DNA from: an uncultured Acidobacteriaceae bacterium | Lineage (GTDB): Bacteria; Acidobacteriota; Terriglobia; Terriglobales; Acidobacteriaceae | NCBI GenBank assembly: GCA_963784095.1 | Contig: CAWAQC010000012.1 | Location: 281,832 to 345,831, forward strand | Direction: 5' to 3' | DNA: 64,000 nucleotides | In this document: in pieces, positions 8,828-18,458 of the stretch | Layout: each line of letters opens with the position of its first letter | Position numbering within the stretch: position 1 is the stretch's first letter | The notes under the pieces: generated by a model | What the model saw: only the letters and a program-made list of their open reading frames with translations | Database searches by the model: none | Told to the model about the DNA's origin: nothing | Translations under genes and position numbers: made by a program

Positions 8828-9649
8828 CTAAGCTGCTTGGCGTCGCTGCTGGATGGTCTCCAACTGCTGGCTGTATCTTTGCGCATTGCTGACGATCTTT
8901 TTCTGCGGCAGGCTGTTAATCCACTGATCGTGGGGGACAGCGCGGCGTTCGCGGCGCGTGCCCACGGCCCCGCGATGAACTAGATTCGTCGGACGCTGGT
9001 CGGTTTTCTGCGTCCAGCCGCTTCCGGTCGACACGTTGAAGATGCCGATGTATCCGCCGGCCAGCAACTCAAACGGATTGTGCATTTTGTTCATGCGGTC
9101 AAACTGGGTTGATCCCTCGCCGCGGAAGCTTTCGAACCATGCCGGGTAGACGAAGTCAGACAGCAGAACGCTGTCGATTTTATAGCCGAGGCTATCGTCT
9201 TCGCAGGCATCGCAGACTTCGTAGGCATAGAGAATCCCGGCGGTATTGGTGTTCTGCGCGAACACTGTCAGATTGATGTTGGGATCGCCCAGCATTTCAA
9301 GCAGTTCGTGACTGGCAGTGACGGTCCAAGATGAGCCGGTTTTCAGGTCGCTTCCCGCGAACGCCTTGCCCATGGGAAGTCCTTCGGTGGTTAGGTCATG
9401 GTAGCCCAATGCATTCGCCTGATCGGAGTCGTCAAGCAGTACCAGCCACCAGCTTCCGTTCGGCGGCGGTGTGCCTTTGGCGATTAGCTTAAGTTCGGCG
9501 TTGGTTCCCCACACGGGGCAGAAATCGTCGGTCACTTGTTTCTGAAGTGCGGCTACAACCGGAGTAACGTCGTTCTCACGCAAAATGGTGCTTTCGTTGA
9601 TCACGGAAATTTGGATGCTAGGCATGGTGCAGCGGCTGAGTGGTGGCAT
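8828..9649 (-). CDS. hypothetical protein (possible HExxE metallo-motif)
   Basis: 273 aa ORF with a strong SD (AGGAGAGG) 7-8 nt upstream of the ATG at 9649. It contains TASHELLEMLGDP. No family recognised. Confidence 0.6.
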   Translation of the reverse strand: MPPLSRCTMPSIQISVINESTILRENDVTPVVAALQKQVTDDFCPVWGTNAELKLIAKGTPPPNGSWWLVLLDDSDQANALGYHDLTTEGLPMGKAFAGSDLKTGSSWTVTASHELLEMLGDPNINLTVFAQNTNTAGILYAYEVCDACEDDSLGYKIDSVLLSDFVYPAWFESFRGEGSTQFDRMNKMHNPFELLAGGYIGIFNVSTGSGWTQKTDQRPTNLVHRGAVGTRRERRAVPHDQWINSLPQKKIVSNAQRYSQQLETIQQRRQAA

Positions 9650-9837
9650 TCGAACCCCTCTCCTGAGGCAAAATTTTAGAGATGCACGGCGTAGGGCTGC
9701 GTGACTCTCCCGCCAAAAGCCTATACGCTGGTCACGAGAAGGAAATGTTCATGCCGCCGAGAAAGTGCTGTGACTTTTCCAATTCGGGACGTGAATTTCG
9801 CAGCTAGTGGCGCTGTCTATTTGAAAATCTGTTCTTA

Positions 9838-10914
9838 ATGTCTACCTCCTCTGAAATAACGAACATTGTCAGGAAAGCCGCAGTCGACGCAGGTTTCGAA
9901 CTCGTCGGTTTCGCTCCGGTAACTGACGCGAAAGAGCTGGAATATTTTCCTCGCTGGATTGCCGAGGGCCGCGGCGGCGAAATGAAATATCTCGAAGCGC
10001 GCGATAAGCAGGGACGATTGAAGCGGGCGTCTTTGGCTTATGCGGCGCCTTGGGCGAGAACCGTTGTAGTTTGCGCAATCAACTACAACACCTCGCAGCC
10101 GTACTCCACGCAAATGCCGGATGAAAGCTGCGGATGGATCTCGCGGTACGCCTGGAGCGGGGATGACTATCACGAATCCGTCATGAGACGATTGCGGCAG
10201 GTGGAAACCGTCCTAAGAGGCATGACGTCGCAACAGGATGCGATAACGCGCTGTTACGTGGATACCGGGCCGATTGTCGAGCGGGTTGTGGCCAAATATG
10301 CCGGTATCGGATGGATCGGGAAGAATACATGCATGATCAATCAGACGCTCGGATCATGGCTGTTCTTGGGAGTGATCCTGACTTCTCTCGATCTTGCTTC
10401 TGAAGCGCTCAGCCTCCCCGCGCCGGATCGCTGCGGCACTTGTACGCGGTGCATCGAGGCTTGTCCAACGGACGCCTTTATCGGCCCCTATCGGCTGGAT
10501 GCGAACAAATGTATCTCCTACCTGACCATTGAGAAGCGCGGCGCGATCGATAGCGAGGACCTTCGCTCGGGCATGGGCCGTAATGTTTTCGGGTGCGACA
10601 TTTGCCAGGATGTGTGCCCGTGGAACCGAAAAGCTCCGGCAACGAGTGCGGCTGAATTTCGACCGCGTCCCGAGTTGGTGAATCCGGAACTCGAGTGGCT
10701 GGCCGAGATGAACGACGAGGAATTTCGCGCGGCTTTTCGTGGCTCTCCGGTGCGGCGCGCCAAACGTGCCGGCCTGCGCCGCAATGCGGTGATTGCCATG
10801 GGAAACAGCGGTGACAAGAAATTTCTTCCCGTGCTTAAGAAGTTGGTTGCCGATGACGAGGAGGATGAGGTGGTCCGCGAGACTGGGGCTTGGGCTCTGC
10901 GAAAGCTCGCTTAG
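9838..10914 (+). CDS. queG: tRNA epoxyqueuosine(34) reductase
   Basis: Two ferredoxin-type clusters (CGTCTRCIEACPTDAF, CDICQDVCPWN), the conserved ISRYAWGDDYH-like segment (ISRYAWSGDDYH) and a HEAT-like C-terminus. Confidence 0.85.
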   Translation: MSTSSEITNIVRKAAVDAGFELVGFAPVTDAKELEYFPRWIAEGRGGEMKYLEARDKQGRLKRASLAYAAPWARTVVVCAINYNTSQPYSTQMPDESCGWISRYAWSGDDYHESVMRRLRQVETVLRGMTSQQDAITRCYVDTGPIVERVVAKYAGIGWIGKNTCMINQTLGSWLFLGVILTSLDLASEALSLPAPDRCGTCTRCIEACPTDAFIGPYRLDANKCISYLTIEKRGAIDSEDLRSGMGRNVFGCDICQDVCPWNRKAPATSAAEFRPRPELVNPELEWLAEMNDEEFRAAFRGSPVRRAKRAGLRRNAVIAMGNSGDKKFLPVLKKLVADDEEDEVVRETGAWALRKLA

Positions 10915-10947
10915 AAATTCCGCCTCATTTTAATACCTATCAAAATT

Positions 10948-10998
10948 CCCCACCCTTGCAGCAAAGCACAAGATCTAAAGACCGCTGCAAGAGTGGGG
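10948..10998. repeat. long hairpin (REP-like) between convergent genes
   Basis: ccccacccttgcagc (10948-10962) pairs with gctgcaagagtgggg (10984-10998). That is 15 bp with one mismatch and a 21-nt loop. There is no T-tract on either side. Confidence 0.5.
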
Positions 10999-11054
10999 CA
11001 TTCTAAGCCCGCTTCCAAGCCTTCTGGCCGCTTTTCAAGTTTCTCAACCCCGAA

Positions 11055-12227
11055 CTATTTCGCTAACACGGCCATGTTCTGAGGACTGCTGATCGCGTAA
11101 GGCGAGCCGGGCGCTTGCTGTGCGGCAGTCGAGGTCACGCCGAACACCATCAATTTTCCTGCCGAGGCGCCGATCGCATAAAGATGATTCGCGTCGTCCC
11201 ACTTCACGTGATCTACCTCGCCGGTCGCGAGCAGCCCGGTAAAGTGGGTAATTGGATTCGCACCATTGAAATGGAAAACTTCCAGGCCTGAGGTTCCGGC
11301 GATAGCAATGAACTTGCCATTGGGCGAGATGCGAATGTCTGTAACGCTGGTGACTGACGTCTTTGGCATATTCGCGGCCGTACTGGAGGTCGTGAGATTG
11401 CCTGAGCTATCGGCAGTGTAAATGGCGATCTGCGACGGACCTGCCTGCTGCATGGTTGACATGCTCATGGGCATGAGGGGAATGGCAACGTGGCCGGTCG
11501 AATCCGCGGCAGAGAGATATGCGCAGTAGAAATCGCCCGCCGGAGCAGCGGGAACCTGCGCCGTAACAGTCGTCTCGGTCAAGTTGCCTTCGCTGTCGCG
11601 CGCATATCCAAAAAGGCCGGGACTGTCGCGATAGCAGTCGGAGCTGTATCCGTAAACGTTGTCGCCGATGAAACTTAGCGGCGTGTTGAAGGCAGGGCTG
11701 GCGACGGCGGAGCCGAGATAGTTGAGCGCTCCAGTGGAATTGTCAATGCTGAAAGCCTGATATGCATTATTCGCGCAGATGTTTCCAAGAAAATCAGGAT
11801 CGTACAAGGTCGTGCCGGTGCGGTCGACAAAGAGATTCTCCGGGCCTCCGCACTCGTTCTGGTTGTAGTTTCGCGCGTTGATGCTGGCGACTTGCGTAAG
11901 CGCTCCATCGGATGCGATCGAGAACGAGTAAATGTCGACTCCGTTGGAACCGAAGAGATACTTGCTGTTCAGCGCGAGATAGTTTGCATTCGCGGGAAAC
12001 GGTGATCCTGAAATCGCCGTAAGTTGACCGTTTGAAGCGGCGCTGTAGCCGCTGACTTCATAGTTGCTTCCTTTTTGGCTCGAGACATAGACGAATGCGG
12101 CGGGGGAACTGGCCGGCGCTTGTATGCTTGCGTCAGTTTGTGAAGGCGTGACCTGGGAGGAAGCCAGAACTGAACTGGCAAAGGTCGCAACGGCGAAGAG
12201 CACGATGGCACTGATACTGCGGAGCAT
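11055..12227 (-). CDS. secreted beta-propeller protein (lactonase-like 7-bladed propeller repeats)
   Basis: Signal peptide MLRSISAIVLFAVATFASSVLASS. It has repeated blades of the form ...xGxLT... (SNGQLTAISG, SDGALTQVAS, STGALNYLGS, SEGNLTETTV, SSGNLTTSST). The start at 12227 is preferred over 12329. Confidence 0.5.
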   Translation of the reverse strand: MLRSISAIVLFAVATFASSVLASSQVTPSQTDASIQAPASSPAAFVYVSSQKGSNYEVSGYSAASNGQLTAISGSPFPANANYLALNSKYLFGSNGVDIYSFSIASDGALTQVASINARNYNQNECGGPENLFVDRTGTTLYDPDFLGNICANNAYQAFSIDNSTGALNYLGSAVASPAFNTPLSFIGDNVYGYSSDCYRDSPGLFGYARDSEGNLTETTVTAQVPAAPAGDFYCAYLSAADSTGHVAIPLMPMSMSTMQQAGPSQIAIYTADSSGNLTTSSTAANMPKTSVTSVTDIRISPNGKFIAIAGTSGLEVFHFNGANPITHFTGLLATGEVDHVKWDDANHLYAIGASAGKLMVFGVTSTAAQQAPGSPYAISSPQNMAVLAK

Positions 12228-12585
12228 AGACGAAGCCTCTGTTCGGAACCGGGTGATCGAGCGAAACGATATTAGCGGGCCTCCGGGAACCGGAACATAC
12301 AGCGGATACCTGCTTGGGCCCGCGAACATTCCTGATATTTATGTTGGTTCAGCGAAGCGGTGGCACCCCGCGAAATAAAATCGATACGGTTTTAATACCT
12401 CTTGCGAGGTATTCACGAACGTTTGGCATCGGCGTCGCCATGCTGTCGTATTCGTTTGATAGAAGAGGCTTTGAAGACTTCCGAATGCAGATGGCTGATT
12501 GACTTCGGTAACTCGCAATTACGATAAGTGGCAACTATTCTTTGAATTGCGGGTTCTTATTAGGCGGTTCATTTTAGGGATAAGT

Positions 12586-13953
12586 ATGTCTTACGGCCGG
12601 ACAATTCGATGCAAGCTGGGCATTTTGCTGGCTTTGGTTGTGGCATCGGCCGGACTGGCGCACGCGTCCGCCACGCTTCTGTTGGAAGAGCCTTACGGCA
12701 AGCTGGGATTTTTTACGGCTACGGGACATGCGGCAGTTTATCTCTCCGACGTTTGCGCCCAAACTCCCCTCAAGCTACGCTCCTGTGAGCCGGGTGAATT
12801 GGGCGCCGTGATCAGCCGCTATAACGGAGTGGACGGCTATGACTGGATCGCGATTCCGCTGATTCCTTATCTTTATGCAGTTGACGATGCCGACAATATT
12901 CCGCTTTATGCCGATCCGAAGCTGGTGAACTTCTTGCGCGATCAATACCGGCGCAAGCATCTGGAAAATGTAGCGCCGGACGGGGCAAATGGAACGACTC
13001 CGGGTGGGAACTGGTACGAGTTAGTAGGAACATCGTATGACCGCACGGTGTACGCATTCAAAATTGAAACCACGGCGAAACGTGACGCCGCTTTTATCAC
13101 GAAATACAATTCGTTGCGGAACCACTCGCACTTCCACACGGTATCGCGCAACTGCGCGGACTTCGTCAAAAGTGTCATCAACTTTTATTATCCGAAGGCG
13201 CTGCATCGCAGCTTCGTCGCCGATGTTGGGATTGCGACACCGAAGCAGATGGCCAAGGCTTTGATCAAGTACGGCTCGCGGCATCCGCAGGTGGGATTGT
13301 CGCGATATGTGATTCCGCAGGTCCCGGGGATTGAGGCGCGGAGCGAGCCGGTGCATGGGATCGTGGAATCGTTCTTTCGATCGAAAAAATATATCGTGCC
13401 CAGCGCGGTGGTGAGCCCGATTTTTGCCGGCTGTGTGGCAGCGGTTTATGTGGGAACCGGGGCGGGACACTTCGATCCGGCGCGGCACGCTCTGGTTTAC
13501 GGCGCAGGCCGGGATCTGGAAAAACCGCTTGGGTCTGAAGACCGGCGATCCTACCAGTTGGAGCTGAATCATCTGTCGGGAGACAGTGACAGCGGCTTAT
13601 GGAGTCTCATGCGTTCTGACAAAGTGCGTCGGCTTTTGCGTAATGCCACTCCGGATTTCGACGCCGATGGGCGTCCGGTTCTGCGGATTCGTAAGGGCGC
13701 GGAAATATTGGACGTAGGGATTTCCGACAGCAACTTGTTCTCGAATGCAGCGGCCAAGGCCTTCGCTCAGGAATTACTTGAGGCGCGATTGCGGTCGGAG
13801 TTGAAACGAGGCGTTCCTAGGGCTTCTGAGAGTGATGTTACGCACGACTGGAACCTGCTGCAGAAAATGCTGGACCAGCCTGAAAATGAAGTGGCTGCAG
13901 CCCACAGACCGATTCCGCAGACACGTGTCGACCGGGTCGGCAACCGACCATAA
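12586..13953 (+). CDS. secreted hypothetical protein with an LRAT/NlpC-P60-like His...NCxxF motif pair
   Basis: Signal peptide MSYGRTIRCKLGILLALVVASAGLAHA. It has TATGHAAVYLS followed later by HTVSRNCADFVKSV (compare the NCEHF catalytic Cys motif of LRAT-like enzymes). Confidence 0.55.
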   Translation: MSYGRTIRCKLGILLALVVASAGLAHASATLLLEEPYGKLGFFTATGHAAVYLSDVCAQTPLKLRSCEPGELGAVISRYNGVDGYDWIAIPLIPYLYAVDDADNIPLYADPKLVNFLRDQYRRKHLENVAPDGANGTTPGGNWYELVGTSYDRTVYAFKIETTAKRDAAFITKYNSLRNHSHFHTVSRNCADFVKSVINFYYPKALHRSFVADVGIATPKQMAKALIKYGSRHPQVGLSRYVIPQVPGIEARSEPVHGIVESFFRSKKYIVPSAVVSPIFAGCVAAVYVGTGAGHFDPARHALVYGAGRDLEKPLGSEDRRSYQLELNHLSGDSDSGLWSLMRSDKVRRLLRNATPDFDADGRPVLRIRKGAEILDVGISDSNLFSNAAAKAFAQELLEARLRSELKRGVPRASESDVTHDWNLLQKMLDQPENEVAAAHRPIPQTRVDRVGNRP

Positions 13954-14038
13954 AACAACCAGCCGGACAAAACCTACAACAGCACAGCACCGAGCGTTAA
14001 GGACGGCGTGCAGGGTCGTCGCGTTCCACGCTAGATTT

Positions 14039-14887
14039 CTACTGATCCTGAGGCTGCTGGGGCTGGAACGGAGGTCGCTGGGGCACCACGCCGCCCGGCG
14101 GAGGATATGCTGGCACTTGTCCATTGTTCTGCTGCTGTTGTTGCTGCTGCATTTGCAATTGACGTTGCTGCATTTCCTGCAACATCTGCTGCGGCGTCTT
14201 TACACCGGGCTCGTCTGGAGGCGTTTCGTCGGCCTCGGTTGCAGCCTGGTCAACCGATTCATCCACCGTGTTGTCGGCCGCCGCGTCAGCATCATCAGCT
14301 GGCTTCGCCGTCACAGGTGCGGGTGTGGCATTGGCCTGAGCATTCGGTTCGGGATTATCCGGGCCGGTCTTGGCTACAAGCACTACCCGCACTAAGGCGT
14401 CAGTATTCTCGGGAGATCCGAGCAAGATGTAGTTGAAATGCGACCCGTTCAGCAAGTCCGCCATTACTTCGCGCGGCGGAGCCGGTCCGAGATGGACGGC
14501 AACGCGCTCATTGGCGTTCGCCGGCACGTCAATATCGGCTGAGGTTTGCTTGCGAACTGCACGAAGAATGTCACCGAGTGTGGAGTTCGCAGCCGTAATA
14601 GTCAGCAATCCATTCTGAAAAGCGATTTCCGGGGCGACTGCCGGCAAAGCATCCAAAGGAACCTGGGGCACCGGCCCGCGCGGGCCTGAGGGCAACGGCG
14701 GCAGCGGCTTCTTGGCTACCCTATGAGCATGATGCGGCCGGACCTGGGCTTGCTTGGTATGGGTCTCAGTGCGGACGGAAATCTGGATGGCGGCGCGTGC
14801 CTGCAGCACTGGACAGAGTACACATGCTATCAGCGCCGCTTTCAGCCAGCCTCCCGATCGCTCCGGCATTCTCTTTTCTGACTGCAA
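14039..14887 (-). CDS. secreted hypothetical protein with a Gln/Pro-rich C-terminus
   Basis: Signal-anchor WLKAALIACVLCPVLQARA and a central small domain (LLTITAANSTLGDILRAVRKQTSADIDVP...). The tail is QQMLQEMQQRQLQMQQQQQQQNNGQVPAYPPPGGVVPQRPPFQPQQPQDQ. Confidence 0.55.
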   Translation of the reverse strand: MQSEKRMPERSGGWLKAALIACVLCPVLQARAAIQISVRTETHTKQAQVRPHHAHRVAKKPLPPLPSGPRGPVPQVPLDALPAVAPEIAFQNGLLTITAANSTLGDILRAVRKQTSADIDVPANANERVAVHLGPAPPREVMADLLNGSHFNYILLGSPENTDALVRVVLVAKTGPDNPEPNAQANATPAPVTAKPADDADAAADNTVDESVDQAATEADETPPDEPGVKTPQQMLQEMQQRQLQMQQQQQQQNNGQVPAYPPPGGVVPQRPPFQPQQPQDQ

Positions 14888-15183
14888 CGGTTTTACCCTT
14901 CAATTTCTGCGATTTCGCAGGGTTAGATGATTTTAGCACTCCGGGCAACTGCCAATCACACACTGTGGTGCCAGTACTTATACTCGATAGAACGTATTAA
15001 GGGAGGACTCTTGCAGGAGGAACTTCGGAACCTCGAAGGAGCCGCGAAAGGCTCCCGGTCTTGAGCGAAGCAGGTCTCGATCGATCCTTATATGCTAGCG
15101 GCTTCCATTTGGCATCTCAAAGGGAAGCGGCAGGTTGGCGGATATATGCGCGATAATGTGCTTTAGGAGCAAGAACGTGACTA

Positions 15184-15213
15184 ATCAAATTAGCTTCGAT
15201 CAAATTAGTTTCA
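15184..15213. repeat. 2 x 15-bp tandem direct repeat in a promoter region
   Basis: atcaaattagcttcg / atcaaattagtttca, 60-90 bp upstream of the ATG at 15273. A third degenerate unit (gattcagtttca) follows. Confidence 0.5.
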
Positions 15214-15272
15214 AGCGATTCAGTTTCAGGCGTTACCCCTTCGGCAACCGTTCCTTCCTGTTCCGAGCACAC

Positions 15273-16271
15273 ATGGCGCGGCTCAGTCTCATTGCCACGG
15301 TGGTTTTGCTGACCCTGTGCTCTTCGATTGCGCATGCACAGACGAACTGTGAGAGCTCCAGCGACATGGATGCGGCGACTCGCACGGCGCTGACCAATGC
15401 CGCCCTTCATTACTACGATTTAATCGTCAAGAACAACGCCACCGCTCTTCGCCAGAGTTCGATCCCTGCCCTGACCGCCGATTTTTCCGGGATCGAGTCT
15501 ACGATTACGGCGAACCAGGCGGCCCTTGCCGGCGCGACGCCGACAGCACGTCCGCCATTTCTTCTGACTGCGCAAGGCACCGCGACGGTGCCGCACGCAG
15601 AGTTCTTCTGTGGGGTCTTCGGGCGAAACGGACAGACTGCCGATAGCGCGGCTTTTTACCTGAACGGCCTCGCTCCCGGAAATTATGGTGTCGCCATCGT
15701 CGAGGCGCCTTCGCCAAAGGGCGCATATACGGTTTCGGAGATTCTTCAGCAGCAGGGTTCGGACTGGAAGCTAGGTGGCCTCTATATCAAAGACGCGCGC
15801 TTCAACGGTCACGACAGCAACTGGTTCATCACTCAGGCTGAAGGCTTCCAGAAAAAGGGCGAAGTGCATAACGCCTGGCTCTACTACGTGGTCGCGCGCA
15901 ACCTAATTTCTCCGCTGCCGTTTATGAGCACGGCCGCCACTGACAAGCTCTACGACGATTCGCAGAAAGTGCAACCCGCCGACTTCCCAGAGGATGGCAA
16001 AACCGTTGATCTTACCGCTGGAGCTGCGACCTACAAGCTGACCGAGCTTTTTCCAGAAGTGGTGGGCAGCGATCTTGATCTGATCGTCAAATATCAGGTG
16101 CCGAGTATTGCCGATTCCAACAAGACTTACCAAAGCAATGTGGCGGTGATGAAGGCGCTGGTGGCGAAATATTCCGAGCTGAGGGATGCATTTGCTTCCG
16201 TAGTCGCTCGGGCCGTCGATCCTAGTGGGCACGATTATGGAACGATGCTGCCCATGAAAGACATCAAGTAG
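15273..16271 (+). CDS. secreted hypothetical protein
   Basis: Signal peptide MARLSLIATVVLLTLCSSIAHA. The 332-aa ORF has coding-like composition. No family recognised. Confidence 0.55.
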   Translation: MARLSLIATVVLLTLCSSIAHAQTNCESSSDMDAATRTALTNAALHYYDLIVKNNATALRQSSIPALTADFSGIESTITANQAALAGATPTARPPFLLTAQGTATVPHAEFFCGVFGRNGQTADSAAFYLNGLAPGNYGVAIVEAPSPKGAYTVSEILQQQGSDWKLGGLYIKDARFNGHDSNWFITQAEGFQKKGEVHNAWLYYVVARNLISPLPFMSTAATDKLYDDSQKVQPADFPEDGKTVDLTAGAATYKLTELFPEVVGSDLDLIVKYQVPSIADSNKTYQSNVAVMKALVAKYSELRDAFASVVARAVDPSGHDYGTMLPMKDIK

Positions 16272-16368
16272 AACCATTGAGGAATGGGGTAATTGCGTAA
16301 TTTTGTAATTGACAACCCAAGGTTCGCTGCCACGCTTTCTTGAATTTCCTAATTACTCAATTTCGCAA
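16272..16368. repeat. AATTAC/GTAATT-type intergenic inverted-repeat element
   Basis: ggtaattgcgtaattttgtaattga ... cctaattactcaatttcgcaattactc, where gtaattgcg and cgcaattac are inverted copies. It lies between convergent genes. Confidence 0.5.
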
Positions 16369-17487
16369 TTACTCACTTTTCTCATCCAACAAACATTCTT
16401 TCGGATCCTTGTCGTCGCGCAGCCCGAGGAAAACGGGCGCACGCAGCTTGGGGCCGCTGCCACCGCTTGCCCCTTCAGTCCATTCGGCGTATTCGATTTC
16501 GGCGACAAGGTCGGGTTTGACCCAAAATACTTTCCGTAGAGCTTCCACCTCGCCGTAAAATGGCTTCTGTTTCGTCTCGCGCTCTTTCAGCAGCTTCCAG
16601 ATCTCGGCGAGCGATTTCCGGGTAAACCCGCTGCCCGCCTGTCCTACATGAATCAGGCGGCCCCGCTTGTCATAAAGCCCCAGTACGATCGAGCCAAAAT
16701 GTGCTCGGCTGCCTTCCGGCTCGGTGTAGCCGCCGATCACGCATTCCAGCCGATGGCGAATTTTTATCTTCAGCCAATCGCTGCTGCGCCGCTCCTGATA
16801 AGGGCACTCGCGTTTCTTGGCGACGATACCTTCCAAATCTTTTTCGCGGGCGAGTTCAAATAAGGCCTTTCCTTGCTGCTCGTAATGATCGGAGTAGCGC
16901 AGCGAGTCTCCGGGAACGATGATCGATTTTAGTTTTTCCTTGCGGGATTCGAGCGGAACTTTTCGCCAGTCATATCCATCGAGATAGAGCAGGTCAAATG
17001 CGAAATAGAGCACGGAAACCTGGGTATTCGTGGGGCCGCGTTTTCCGCCGGGACGAAAGCCGGTGCGCTGCTGCATCAGGGCGAATGAAGGGCGACCTTC
17101 GTCATCGAGCGCCACCACTTCGCCATCGAGAATTGCAGTTTTCGCTTTGACGGCCTTGGGCAGATCTTTTAGTTCAGGATAGCGATGGGTAAGTTCGTTC
17201 TGATTGCGAGAGACGAGACGAACGTTGCCGCCTTCGATGAAGGCGACTGCGCGATAGCCATCCCACTTGATTTCAAAGAGCCAGTCCGGGCCGTCGAACG
17301 GCCTATCAATCGATGTGGCAAGCATGGGATAGATTGCCGCTGGCATGGGGCGCTTGGTGGGACTGGCATCGGGTATAGCCGCCCTGGAAGAACTCTCCAC
17401 CACGGAGGGCAGAAAGGATCGGGCCACCTGGGAAAGGCGCGCCTGAGATGTGATGTCATTATGTGCGAGAGGATCGGACGCGCGCAC
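16369..17487 (-). CDS. ATP-dependent DNA ligase (stand-alone LigD-type ligase domain)
   Basis: Adenylation motif I EIKWDGYRAV, nucleotidyltransferase and OB-fold motifs (EGIVAKK..., DWLKIK), ~320-370 aa. The start is uncertain (alternative MPAAIYPML). Confidence 0.8.
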   Translation of the reverse strand: MRASDPLAHNDITSQARLSQVARSFLPSVVESSSRAAIPDASPTKRPMPAAIYPMLATSIDRPFDGPDWLFEIKWDGYRAVAFIEGGNVRLVSRNQNELTHRYPELKDLPKAVKAKTAILDGEVVALDDEGRPSFALMQQRTGFRPGGKRGPTNTQVSVLYFAFDLLYLDGYDWRKVPLESRKEKLKSIIVPGDSLRYSDHYEQQGKALFELAREKDLEGIVAKKRECPYQERRSSDWLKIKIRHRLECVIGGYTEPEGSRAHFGSIVLGLYDKRGRLIHVGQAGSGFTRKSLAEIWKLLKERETKQKPFYGEVEALRKVFWVKPDLVAEIEYAEWTEGASGGSGPKLRAPVFLGLRDDKDPKECLLDEKSE

Positions 17488-17525
17488 CTTCGGACTTGCC
17501 CTGCGTTCCTCTGAGTCCTCAGTCG

Positions 17526-18296
17526 TTACTTCTTTTGTTTTTTTTTAGCCGCGGGCTTCTTGCCGTCGTTTTTTTCCTGCATTCTCTTCTTGTCGAGTTT
17601 GGCGACGGCATCCGCCAGCCACGCGGCTTTCAACTTTCCACGGCCAGCAGCCGGGCAGCTGCTCTTCCACTCGCGTGCTCCGGCATCGCCAGCGATCTCA
17701 TCGAGATTACGCTTCGTGAGCACCGAGCCATCGTACTCATCGATATCGTAGCCTTCGACGGCATAGTCGTCGTGTTTCTTGATCAGCAGCCATTCAGTTC
17801 CCTTACTACCGGGGCGGCGGCCTTTCATCTTGATCAGGGCGAAGTCGCCATTCAGTTTTTTCCCGTGCAGCCGAAATTTCAGATCGCCCTTCGCCAACAT
17901 GGCAACGGCTTCGGCTTCTGTACCCGGATTGTATTTCCCATCCACCGGAACCGGAGATAACGGTTCCCACGTGCCGACATCCCAAACCATCACCGTGCCC
18001 GCGCCGTAATTTCCTTCTGGAATGTTGCCCTCGAAATCGAAGTACGAAACCGGATGATCTTCCACCTGCATTGCCAATCGTTTGTCCGCGGGATCGAGCG
18101 ACGGGCCTTTGGGTACCGCCCACGATTTCAGCACGCCTTCCATTTCCAGGCGGAAGTCGTAGTGCAGCCGCCTGGCGTCGTGTTTTTGCACGACAAAGCG
18201 GTGGGTGGATTTAGGTTCGATCTTGCCGGCCGGCTCCGGCGTTTCATCAAAGCGACGCTTTCGTTTGTATTCTTCGAGGGGCATAGACAGCACCAT
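17526..18296 (-). CDS. LigD-type 3'-phosphoesterase (PE) domain protein with a Lys-rich tail
   Basis: [33 protein letters not shown]...[25 protein letters not shown] is the LigD PE-domain signature. The C-terminus is [21 protein letters not shown]. Confidence 0.8.
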   Translation of the reverse strand: MVLSMPLEEYKRKRRFDETPEPAGKIEPKSTHRFVVQKHDARRLHYDFRLEMEGVLKSWAVPKGPSLDPADKRLAMQVEDHPVSYFDFEGNIPEGNYGAGTVMVWDVGTWEPLSPVPVDGKYNPGTEAEAVAMLAKGDLKFRLHGKKLNGDFALIKMKGRRPGSKGTEWLLIKKHDDYAVEGYDIDEYDGSVLTKRNLDEIAGDAGAREWKSSCPAAGRGKLKAAWLADAVAKLDKKRMQEKNDGKKPAAKKKQKK

Positions 18297-18333
18297 TTAA
18301 CCACAGAGACACTGACCTACGGCGGAAACCAAA

Positions 18334-18416
18334 ATCTTTAACCACGAAGGCACACTAAGGTGCACGAAGTTAGTGAATGAGCTTTTCTTCCTGTAACTTC
18401 GTGCCCTTTGTGGTGG
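18334..18416. repeat. CACGAAG-variant intergenic repeat with nested inverted repeats
   Basis: The perfect 11-bp inverted repeat gcacgaagtta (18362-18372) / taacttcgtgc (18394-18404) lies inside outer arms accacgaaggcac / gtgccctttgtggt. It is related to the copy at 48643-48716 (shared cactaaggt and gtgccctt.g.ggt). Confidence 0.6.
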
Positions 18417-18458
18417 ATGATTTTCGACCCGGCCACATGGGTTAGAATCCTCGCAAAC

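Noticed and set aside
9643-9668. tggtggcattcgaacccc looks like the reverse complement of a tRNA 3' end / T-loop
   Set aside because: The flanking 5-mers do not pair to form a T-stem and no acceptor, D or anticodon arms can be drawn. The sequence is the 5' end and SD region of the 8828-9649 CDS. No tRNA was found anywhere in the window.
14100-14170. CTG/TTG-rich tract (ctgctgctgttgttgctgctgc) resembling a trinucleotide microsatellite
   Set aside because: It is the antisense of the imperfect poly-Gln coding run (QMQQQQQQQN) of the 14039-14887 gene, not a pure tandem repeat.
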